NCBI GenBank assembly: GCA_964016885.1
Contig: OZ024745.1
Coordinates: 112,034,001-112,098,000, forward strand
Reading direction: 5' to 3'
Length of the DNA stretch: 64,000 bases
Source of the DNA: Eledone cirrhosa
Taxonomy: Eukaryota
Shown piece by piece: positions 54,199 to 64,000 of the stretch (its first letter is position 1; each line of letters starts with the position of its first letter). Below the pieces are notes generated by a model. It did no database searches and had not been told where the DNA came from. It worked only from the letters and a program-made list of their open reading frames with translations. Both the position numbers and the translations under genes were made by a program.

Positions 54199-54530
54199 AG
54201 GGTAAAGACCCCCCCCCCCTCGGTCACAAATGACCATGGGATTTGCACCTAGAAAGTTTTCCTCCCAGGCACAAGTCCAGGCAAGGTTGTTTGTGGAAGA
54301 CCAGCAGTCGTCCATGCATACCAGCCTCCACTCTCCATGCCACCGATGTTATCCAAGAGAAAGGCAAAGGCCGATACAGCTTGACACCAGTGGTATCGCA
54401 GCTCATTTCTACAACTGAGTAAACTGGAGCAATGTGAAATAAAGTGTCTTGCTCAAGAACACAACGCATCAAACTCACAACCTTTCGATTGCAAGTCCAA
54501 TGCTCTAACCACTAAGCCATGCGCCTTCAT
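54199..54530 (-). mobile_element. tRNA-derived CORE-like SINE (family C)
   Basis: Same head and core as family B, different tail ending ggtctttaccc. Confidence 0.85.
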
Positions 54531-54536
54531 AAATTA

Positions 54537-54580
<44 letters not shown>

Positions 54581-54802
54581 GATAACAGATTATTGTTATA
54601 GGTAGTCCACTTAAGTGTAGTCCAGTTAGGGTACTCCGCGTAGTGGATGATATTAACGCTTGGCTAAGTTTGACTCAACAAGGCGTTTCCATAGTGATGC
54701 TGCGAGTACTCGGTGATTTCTGTGTTGTTAACACTTGGAGTAATGATAAATCAGGAAAGAATAGTGACACGGTTTGCTATACAAATAAGGTTTTTAATCT
54801 CA

Positions 54803-54910
54803 TTGCTGACAATTGTTTCTCTGAACTGGTGGGTCTAGAGGTCGCTACCTGCCTGTTTTTGCGTCATTCGATCACCAATACATAGTTGTAACCAGTCAAT
54901 TCATCAGAGC
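54803..54910 (-). ncRNA. Type I hammerhead ribozyme motif (mirror copy)
   Basis: Minus strand gct-CTGATGA-attgactggt..accagttcaga-GAAA-caattg-TC-agcaa. Confidence 0.68.
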
Positions 54911-54931
54911 TTGCTCTGATGAATTGACTGG

Positions 54932-55041
54932 TTGCTCTGATGAATTGATTGGTTACAACTATGTATTGGTGATCGAATGATGCGAAAACAGGCGGGTAGC
55001 GATCTCTAGACCTACCAGTTCAGAGAAACAATTGTCAGCAA
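54932..55041 (+). ncRNA. Type I hammerhead ribozyme motif
   Basis: Stem I ttgct/agcaa; CTGATGA 54937-54943; long stem II region; GAAA 55025-55028; palindromic stem III acaattgt; GTC triplet with predicted cut after 55036. Confidence 0.72.
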
Positions 55042-55109
55042 TGAGATTAAAAACCTTTTTTGTATAGCAAACCGTGTCACTCTTCTTTCCTGATTTATAT
55101 ATATATATA

Positions 55110-55582
55110 TTAGTTTTACGAGGTTTTTGATATGTATGAAATCGTGTGTCGAAACAAATATTGTTATGCTTGGGGAGGGTCAAATTTGTGTAATAATATT
55201 GCCAGAATTAATAACAGAACACACTCACTGTTTGGTTGGTTTTCGCTTCTTTGTCTTTTATATCGGTTAATTTAATTTATTCGGTCCTCAATGTTGCCAT
55301 TGACTGACCAACGGTCAAAAATACAGATACAATATAGACACAAAGAAAAGATGACGTTAGCATACAATACAACGAATGAACTTTGTTAGACTATATATAT
55401 GTGTTTGTGTCTATATTGTATCTGTATTTTTGACCGTTGGTCAGTCAATAGTAACATTGAGGACCGAATAAATTAAATTAACTGATATAAAAGACACAGA
55501 AGCGAAAACCAACCAAACAGTGAGTGTGTTCTGTTATTAATTCTGGCAATATTATTACACAAATATGACCCTCCCCAAGTAT

Positions 55583-55589
<7 letters not shown>
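55110..55589. repeat. ~185-bp inverted repeat (arms 55159-55344 and 55404-55589) between (TA)n tracts
   Basis: Arms are near-perfect reverse complements; same family as 3520-3855 and ~38420-38530. Confidence 0.9.
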
Positions 55590-55663
<74 letters not shown>

Positions 55664-56009
55664 GTTATGTAATAAACAACAAGATAATTATTTCATTTAC
55701 CAGTGGTTTCTTGAAAGCAACCAAAATTGCTTTCATTTATCAGAATGAAAAAATCCTGGTGTCTTTATTGACAATGGATTTGAAAAACAAAAATATAACA
55801 GATATGAAAGTGAGGCTCGAGGAAAAAAAAGGGGGGGGGGGAATAATAAATAAGAATATATAACAACACACACGTACACACACACACGCACACACACACA
55901 CGCACACACACTCACATATACACACATATATACATATATATATATAAATATATACACGCACACATACACACAAATATACACAGAGGCACATATACACGCA
56001 CATACACAT

Positions 56010-56358
56010 CATCATCATTTCATCATTTCATCATTTCATTTTACGTCCACTTTTCCCTGCTTGCAAGGGTGGGACGGGAACTGATTCTGGCTTGATTTCT
56101 ACAGCTGGATGCCCCTCCTAACACCAACCTCATTTACAGTGAGTGCTGGGTACTTTTTTCCATGGCACCTCCACGACCACTTTGCAGTGGAATGATATGG
56201 ACCCCAGTCCCTATCATTTCATTTCTACAGCTGAGTAAACTGGAGCAATGTGAAATAAAGTGTTTTGCTCAAGGAAACAACACATCACCTGGTCTGAGAA
56301 TTGAACTCACAACCTTTCGATTGCAAGGCCAATGTTCTAACCACTAAGCCATGTGCCT
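56010..56358 (-). mobile_element. SINE family B, antisense copy
   Basis: Close reverse complement of 53679-54030. Confidence 0.88.
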
Positions 56359-56806
56359 ACACATATATAGATATATCCATACATAAATACACCAACACAC
56401 ATATATATATATATATATATACATACATATATATACATGCACACACATACATATATATACATATATATACATGTATATACACATACATACATACACACAC
56501 ACATACATACACACATATATATATACACATACATGCATACGTACTCACATATAAAAGGATACATATGCACACACACAAATAAGAATAAATAACCATAATA
56601 GGCCGTCACATAAATAATAAGGATTAAGAAAATGAAAAAATAAAAAAATAAAAAATATTATTAAGTTGACAGCTATATAAGACGGCAAAATTTAAAATAA
56701 AAATAATAATAATAATAATAATAAATGACCAAACGCACGTGGTAAGCAAATGCACAAAAAACCCCTAAATATATATATATATAAAAATATATATATATAT
56801 ATTTAT

Positions 56807-56839
<33 letters not shown>

Positions 56840-57044
56840 CACATGTGTACATACACACACACACACATATATATACACACACACACATACGCATACATAA
56901 AATATACAAGCACACCCCATACATATAAACACAGCACAGACACAAAAGAGTAATATACATACAAATACATATACATGCACACACAAATGTATACAACTAC
57001 ATACACACATATAGTAAAAATTTCTTAAAGATAAATCCATTTTT

Positions 57045-57180
57045 AGTCCAGAATTAGCCGTCGAAACAGCTTGAGCTCAGCCGTCGGGGTCCTACTTGTT
57101 CCTATTACCCACTCTACTACCCTAAGTATTGAGTACTTTGGTGCGTTATGGTACATCAGGTTCCTTACCACATTTCCTTC

Positions 57181-57232
<52 letters not shown>

Positions 57233-57390
57233 AACCAGTAAGACCCCGACAGCTGAGCTATTTTAGCCGTCGAAACGGCTTGAGCTCAGCTGTCGGGGTC
57301 TTACTGGTTCCTATTACCCACTCTACTACCTCAAGTATTGAGTACTTTGGTGCGTTATGGTCCACTTGGTTCCTTACCACATTTCCTTCG

Positions 57391-57392
<2 letters not shown>
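57045..57392 (+). mobile_element. Two solo pseudo-LTR fragments of the PLE at 1-2864, the second with a short inverted 5' piece
   Basis: ttagccgtcgaaac..cctattacccactctactacc..gtgcgttatggt..ttccttc matches 2730-2860; each copy is followed by (TA)n. Confidence 0.88.
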
Positions 57393-57453
<61 letters not shown>

Positions 57454-57669
57454 TATATACTTATAGCTTGTTCTAATTAATTTTTTATATGGTTAATTGT
57501 GCTAATTAGAAGAAGAAATAGTATATATTTTATTATCTGATGATTCTAAAGACATGATTTATGATATATATATATATATAGTTTCATGCTGGATACATAA
57601 AATCAGAAAATATATGGGTTGGAACCACACCCTTAACAGGTATTTTACAATCTAGCTCATATTGATAAA

Positions 57670-60600
57670 TGGATACTTTATTCATAGTTGTATAAATAAC
57701 ATTACAAATCGTTTGCAATTCTTTCAGAATGTAAATATAAACAGAGCATATAAATAAATTTACAGTTGAATAACAACAAATATGTTTTAAATATATAAAT
57801 AAATAACGTTACAAATAGCTTGCGATTCATTCAGAAAGATATATTCCTTCAATGCTACAATATTAAAGAAAATGTAAAGGAAGGCGTGAACCCCGGAGCC
57901 AACACCAGAGCAAAAGACAGCAACGTCGCGAGGAGTATTGGGCAACCTCTCTAATGATTTTTGAGACAAGCCAGCACACTCGCAGCGTTGCCTCGAGTGA
58001 TGGCGAGGCTGATGCGCTGAAACAGCCAAGTGCCCTCGCGAGATTTGCCAGTTACCTCTATTAGGCGAGCCGCCAGTGAAGAGAGCAACCTCGCAGTCAG
58101 CGGCCCGACTCCCCCAAACGTCTCGAAAGCCACAGGCTGAAAAATGTAGCTGGCCGACAGATCACAGTATTTGAGAGTCTTACTCCGCTCAGCTGCGAGA
58201 GCTGTGGCTCTCGTCCTAACCGCAGCATCCAGGATGTGGGAAAGAGCAAGAAAGTCACTAACAGTGACGTCCAAGACAAGGCACCTGCCTCTCGACCAGG
58301 GGCACAGGGTAAGACCGTCAGGTCTTTTGCCGTCACTTCTGGACAACCCAGATGGTTCCAAGACTGGGGGGATATTCGCCCGGGCCAAAGCTCTCTTCAG
58401 AATGAGGTTTAGCTCCGTGTGACGCGTGAAGCGGCCGGCATTCAGGTGGCAAGAAAGACCGTGGAGGTGTGTGGAGTCGAGGAGTTTGCCGCACTCTGAG
58501 GACGATGGAGACACAAATTCGTCCAGGCTGAGTATGCCACCAACGTTGGCCACGGGTAGGGCATCAACCCAGTTGCCTGAGTATTTGGCGCTGACAGATA
58601 GTAAGCGGCACCTTGTAAACTGATCTGACTGGACGAAGAGGGAGTCGAAGGTGGCCTTCGAACTTATGCTGTCCCAAGTTCTCTGACTTCGACTGTCCTC
58701 CACCTTCTAAGGAAGAGACAAGCCCAACTCACTCCATTGCTGGAAAGCTTCACCCAACTCCCTGTTGGAACTAGTCCATGTTGGAGAGGAGAGGATGCTG
58801 CTCATCAGGGTGGAGCAAGCATGGGTGGAGGAAAGGAAGCAGGGAAGAGAGAGGAACAAACACTTACGAAGACCAAGACCCCCAAATCGCTTGGACAACG
58901 CAGCCTGATCGAAGATTAGGTCGTCAAAGTGCTGGAGGCAGGATGGAAATCTGTGAGAGGGGCTGACCCTGAGCTGATATAGAAACTTAGGAATAGACAG
59001 GTAGTTCCTGAGTAGGAAGAAACCTTGATGGGGTTCGATAGCTTCGATATTCCTCAGCAGCTGTTCATGGCCAACCATCTTCGATTGGAAGGTTGACTCA
59101 AAGGCCAGGTCTGTGATTGGAGCTCCTAAGGAGCACCAAGCCGACGGGGGAGGGACCGTGATGGAAGGGAAGGACTCTGCAAACAGGTCGATTAGCTGTT
59201 GATGTTGAGAAGCTGGGTGGTTGAGGATCCAGAGCTCACATTTGGAGCTATTGACTTGGAGACCCCGGCGGCCAAGCTCCTCAACCATCTTGTTGGTAGT
59301 GGCGAGAACCATATCCGGAGTTCCCCCCAAACAGACGTCGTTGAGGTACCAGACATTGAGGTCCAACTCAACCCCCATCTTGGTGACGTCATCAATGCCC
59401 ACTGCAAACAGAGCGGGCCCGAGTGAGTCACCCTGTTGGACTCCTGAGGCAGAGGTGATGATTTGGTCACCGAAAGAGAGGTAGGAGGGCTCCCGATAAG
59501 CCTGCCAAGCAAAGTGGTAGAGTTGTGGGACCCTCTCTCTTACTGAGCCGAGGACGATGTCACGGCTGACGGAGTTGAAGGCATTCCTGAGGTCAAGTTT
59601 GAGGATGACCTTGGGGGACGAGGAGGGCAAGTTGGTAAATGCTCTGGTAGCGTGGACAGCAGCCTCCCATCCCAGCTTGGTACCCACCCCCAGCTGGATG
59701 GGGGAAAATTCCTCCGCCAGTGAGTCGGAGACCAACAGCAAACATGCCTTTGCAGTGAGGTGGCGAAGGGTGCACCCAACCACAATGGGGCGCAGAGCCC
59801 CATTGGGCATGGTGGGACCAAATAGTTTCGCACCGAAGAACAGTGGGCGGATGAACAGGAGAACGTTCACTGAAGAGAACTGATTCGCAAACTGAGTCAG
59901 ACTCTCCAAGAGCTCGAGTCTGGCATCACCGGCCGATAAGGAGATACCATCCTTCAGGTGTTGAGGACGAAGGCCGTCAATTCTCGCACCTGACCCAGCA
60001 GGGAAGGATGAGATCGCCTTTCTGATGATATGTAAACCGGTCTCGAGTATTCTGGAGGCAGGACGGAAATCTGTGAGAGGGCTGACCCTGAGCAGATACA
60101 GAAACTTAGGAATAGACAGGTAGTTCCTGAGTATGAAGAAACTTTGATGGGGTTCGATAGCTTTGATATTCCTCAGCAGCTGTTCAAGGCCAACCATCTT
60201 CGATTGGAAGATTGACTCGAAGGCCAGGTCTGTGATGGTGGTGTAAACCGGTCTCGAGAATTCTGGTGGTTCGGGCCAGTGTAGCTGATCATCTGGGGGT
60301 GCCGATGGGTGCTTCTCTTTCAGTCACTCAAGAGAATCAGAGTTGCACGGAGCAAGGGAGGACAGAGAAGAGAGGAGACGGATAGCCCCTTTAATGTCAA
60401 ATTCGCTGAATTTGGCATTGACCGCTCGCTTGAGGTCTACCGGTTGTCTGTTGATGGACACCAAGCTTGATGTCGAACTGAGATAAGACGTGGTTGGGGT
60501 GGACTCAAGCAGCTGGAACAGGCGCTTGAGAGAGGGCGTGAGGGAACGTAAATTCGCATTGTGCACGTGAAGAGAGATGAGGGGGAAATAAAAACAATTT

Positions 60601-61660
60601 CTGCCAGTCAGATCTATTGCTGGACGAGCAAACGTTTTTCAATAAATTAGAGAGGGCACGTGCAAAGCTATTCCGAACTCCCTTAGGGATCCGGTTAACG
60701 AGCTTTGATTTGGAGAAGCCCTGGAGGGCTGTGTCAAAGTCCTCGGTAGAGAGTTGGTCATCGAAGCGTTGGGCATCCCCACGGAATACGTCGGAGCTGA
60801 AGTGGCACCGATTACAGGTCCAGTGTTGAAGCCTTTTGGCTTGAGCTTTGGTGATGCCGACACAGCTTGTGGTAGCTTGCGTGGCATAGGTGACATTAAA
60901 TTGTCTTTAAGTACTGGCTAGTGCGGGCACAGAGAGCGCAATCAGGTGGTGGGCTGGCAGCAGCCGGCAGTAGAGGGCCAGCGTTGGAATTTGGTGGTGG
61001 AAGTGAGTCAGTAAAGGAGGCAGCATTGGTTCTAACGGTGGGACTAGAGCGGTGGTTGGGTGGTGAGCTAACAGTTGTAGGGGTGGTGTGGCTGGCCGGG
61101 TTGGATTCGTTCGGAATCTGCCGTGAAGAGGAAGAGGGGGTAGGTGGGGGAAAGTTAGCTCCTCTCGTGCATGCTGAAGTTGGTTGTGAATGAGAGGTCA
61201 AAGGCTGACTAGTTGTCACATAGTTGTTCCCCCAAGCAGGTCTCTTGGTCTTTCGACGCATGCCACCGCCACCTAGAGTGGACTAGGTTAAAGTGGTGGC
61301 AACTTTAGCAATCGGCAATCGCCAGTGATAATTCGTTCGAAACATTGGGCCACCGACGGGTTGAACAAATATATAGGTGGGCTGTGCGCGAGGACGAAGT
61401 AAGGGGGTGAGCAAGGGGGAGGGGGGGATAGAAAGTGGAGAAGGGGGGGAGAAGATTATGAGTGCGTGGAGAGGAGTGTGGTCATGTGAGAGGCAGGTAA
61501 ATACAGTGGGAGAGAAAGAGCACTGAACATGCAAAGAGAAGGAAAATAAAAACGCTAGAAGTACAAAATCTAAGGCTGTGAGTTTGTGTAATATTTCGCA
61601 GTAAAAACCGAAATTGTGAGTTTGTGTAAAAAAAACACACGAGCAAGACTTCAGTAAAAT
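57670..61660 (-). mobile_element. CRE-clade non-LTR retrotransposon (RT + CCHC + restriction-like endonuclease), near full length but disrupted
   Basis: RIPKGVR, DGLRPQHLKD, LRPIVVG, QLGVG, LKLDLRNAFN, GVQQGDSLGPALF, WYLND, GGLGLR, CG..HGLSC, RH, KRPDG..DVTV..KTLKY, PVAFETFG, QRISLAITRGNA; aataaa near 57680. Ends are approximate. Confidence 0.9.
57951..61261 (-). pseudogene. CRE element ORF with N-terminal PHD-like finger
   Basis: Stops at 60896 and 58707, frameshifts, catalytic YLDD changed to YLND, and an internal duplicated segment at 60052-60236. Confidence 0.85.
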
Positions 61661-62352
61661 CAAAACCTGAATGATAGTGATACAAGATGTTTACAATTAC
61701 AGAGTGATTACATTACTGGTCCTGAATTCTATCAAGTGGTCAAAGCTTCTAATTCTGTAAAATAGAATGGAAGTATGGATTGACCTTTCAGTCACACCTG
61801 ACTATAAGTAGATTCAGGTTATTACAAGAGGGAGATGGGATGGTGCCATGTGAAATATCTTCTTGAGAAGCTAGTGGTGGTTCCTCGTCATTTATAATTA
61901 TTTATTTTAATTTAATTTTTTGGGGGTTAGTTTTTGAAAAATTGTAAGTGTGCGTTAAGGAGAATGTATAATTGTGTGATACAATTGCTCCAGGTTGGTT
62001 CCATGCGTTGTTGCCACAACCAATCCTTTTAAATTTTAAATTTTCTCTTTTTTTTTTTTCTTCTGAAGATCTGTTATTCCTCTCCATAGATTGTAAATGG
62101 TAAAATCCATTTGAATGTCCCTGGGAGTTAAGTGATCCAACGGAATGGTAAAATCCAGTTCTTTGAAGAATATTTTGAAGTTGTCTCAGACAAAGAATAC
62201 ACTTATGCGAAAGAAAGGGAAAAGTTGAAAATATTTACCTCGTTTGGTGTCGAATTTGTACACACTTACGTTTGTTTTCCTTTCGGCTTGTAATTGTTGT
62301 GCATTTGATCACGGCAGAGGTTGTAGTAGTTTCTTATTACTCTGGAGTTTTG

Positions 62353-62383
<31 letters not shown>

Positions 62384-62387
<4 letters not shown>

Positions 62388-62588
62388 AACGAGTAGGACC
62401 CCGACGGCTGAGCTCAAGCCGTTTCGACGGCTAATTCTGGACGGCTAATTGAGTCCAGAATTAGCCGTCGAAACGGCTTGAGCTCAGCCGTCGGGGTCCT
62501 ACTCGTTCCTATTACCCACTCTACTACCCTAACTATTGAGTACTTTGGTGCGTTATGGTCCACCTGGTTCCTTACCACATTTCCTTCG

Positions 62589-62590
<2 letters not shown>
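62384..62590. mobile_element. Head-to-head solo pseudo-LTR of the PLE family inside (TA)n, with hammerhead stems II and III
   Basis: Left arm 62384-62442 is the reverse complement of 62453-62511; gacggctaatt/aattagccgtc stem, GAAA 62470-62473, stem III acggct/agccgt, GTC ending at 62492. Confidence 0.88.
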
Positions 62591-62633
<43 letters not shown>

Positions 62634-63344
62634 GTTGACTCTGGATAGAAAATATATTAACTTTTCACACCTTTGAGTGCTTTGAGACACTCTTAAACAA
62701 TTCGATTGGTATCTGCTAAATTGCGGCTACAACTTCGATTTATACCTATAATTATTGTTATTCTCTCTGTTTCATGTATTTGATTGATAACGTGTTAGTT
62801 ATTTTTTGTTCATAAACGCTATTTGAGTGCTTCATTGTGTTAGCAGATGTTGGATGAGAATCTTCACCAATAAAAATGTTTGTATATGAATTAATTTTAC
62901 CGTGTTTTCTTATTCTTTTGGTTGTAAATGCAACCCACGTGTTGTATGAGTGGTTGAGTTACTGCAGTGTTAATGCTTCAGTGTGTGGAAGCCAGGTTAA
63001 CAGAGCAGAAATCTTGTTGAGAGATGTACTAGCACCAACCACATAATTATGGACATAACGTTCAGATGAATAATAAATTTGTGGAATTTCCTAGCTTTCG
63101 TCCGGGTAAGGCTAAATAGACTTTTTGCTGTGTTTGTAAGGACTATTTAAGTCAATATTTCAGTGATTGATTTCTTGTTCTTTGTGGTTAGTCACACATG
63201 ATTGTATGTGTTGACTTAAGCGGAGCCCTAAAAAAAATCAGTCCGGCAGGGACGGCTGCCTATAGAGGTATAATTGTGTGATACAATTGCTCCAGGTTCC
63301 AGGTTGGTTCCATGCATTGTTGCCACAACCAATTGATTATATAC

Positions 63345-64000
63345 AGTATCTATTGCTGATATCTATTTCCTATTGGTATCTTTCTTCTATTAATGGTATC
63401 TAGCTCCTATTAATGATGTCTACCTAAAATTAATGGTATCTAGCTCCTATTAATCATGTCTACCTAAAATTAATGGTATATAGCTCCTATTAATTATATT
63501 TATCTCCTATTAATGATATCTGTCTCCTAGTGATGGTATCTAGCGCCTATTAATGGTATATAAGGGCGGTGGATTGGCAGTATCGGTAGAGGGTTGGACG
63601 CCATGCTTTGCAGCAAAGAGTTACTTCCCTTTACAGACTGAGTTCAAATCCCGCCGAGGTTAACTTTGCCTTTCATCCTTACGGGGTCGATAAAATAAAG
63701 TACCAGTAATACACTGGGATAATTGCTGGCCTTGTGCCAAAAAGTAGAAACAATTAATGGTATATATCTCCTATTTATGATGTCTAGCTCCTATTAATGG
63801 TATCTATCTCTCATTGATATCTATCTCTTATTAATGGTACCTATCTCCTATTGATGATACCAATCTCCTATTAATGGTACCTATCTCCTATTGATGATAC
63901 CAATCTCCTATTAATGGTATCTATCTCCTATTGATGATACCAATCCCCTATTAATGGTATCTATCTCCTATTGATGATACCAATCCCCTATTAATGGTAT
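63345..64000. repeat. ~21/42-bp minisatellite (ctatctcctattaatggtat) running off the window end
   Basis: Direct inspection; interrupted by a SINE. Confidence 0.9.
63563..63754 (+). mobile_element. SINE family A inserted in the minisatellite
   Basis: Near-consensus; 14-bp TSD attaatggtatata. Confidence 0.92.

Larger units (their letters stand above)
54580..55098. mobile_element. Head-to-head pseudo-LTR/retrozyme-like repeat between (AC)n and (TA)n
   Basis: Inverted arms 54746-54910 and 54934-55098; central 21-bp tandem duplication; left copy extends to ~54580. Confidence 0.8.

Noticed and set aside
4789-63754. tRNA genes suggested by A/B boxes
   Set aside because: All are SINE heads followed by shared non-tRNA bodies, several with target-site duplications; no complete cloverleaf.
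1-64000. Prokaryotic systems (retron, DGR, CRISPR, defence operon) suggested by multiple RT genes
   Set aside because: All RTs carry eukaryotic PLE, RTE, R4 or CRE signatures; no operon structure.

Overview
Eukaryotic, AT-rich, microsatellite-dense non-coding DNA. The repeat content suggests an octopus/coleoid cephalopod genome (inference). No intact host gene, tRNA/rRNA gene or CRISPR array is visible, and most ORF-track entries are microsatellite artefacts. The window is dominated by transposable elements: a Penelope-like element (RT + GIY-YIG, Hydra-type) at 1-2.9 kb, R4/Dong and RTE LINE pieces (one young RTE ending in three C2H2 fingers), two bipartite non-autonomous RTE derivatives, a CRE-clade LINE with an apparent N-terminal PHD finger (57.7-61.7 kb), Tc1/mariner and hAT DNA transposons, TTAA MITEs and many tRNA-derived SINEs. 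Two signals are not explained by the ORF track. (1) Several unrelated families of short head-to-head repeats carry hammerhead-ribozyme motifs and mostly sit in or beside microsatellites; complete cores occur on both strands at 54.8-55.0 kb. (2) At least six frameshifted, minus-strand stretches of unique DNA resemble, by eye, class C GPCR Venus-flytrap, cysteine-rich and 7TM segments, suggesting a decayed receptor cluster. All protein and RNA assignments are by manual motif recognition and many boundaries are approximate.
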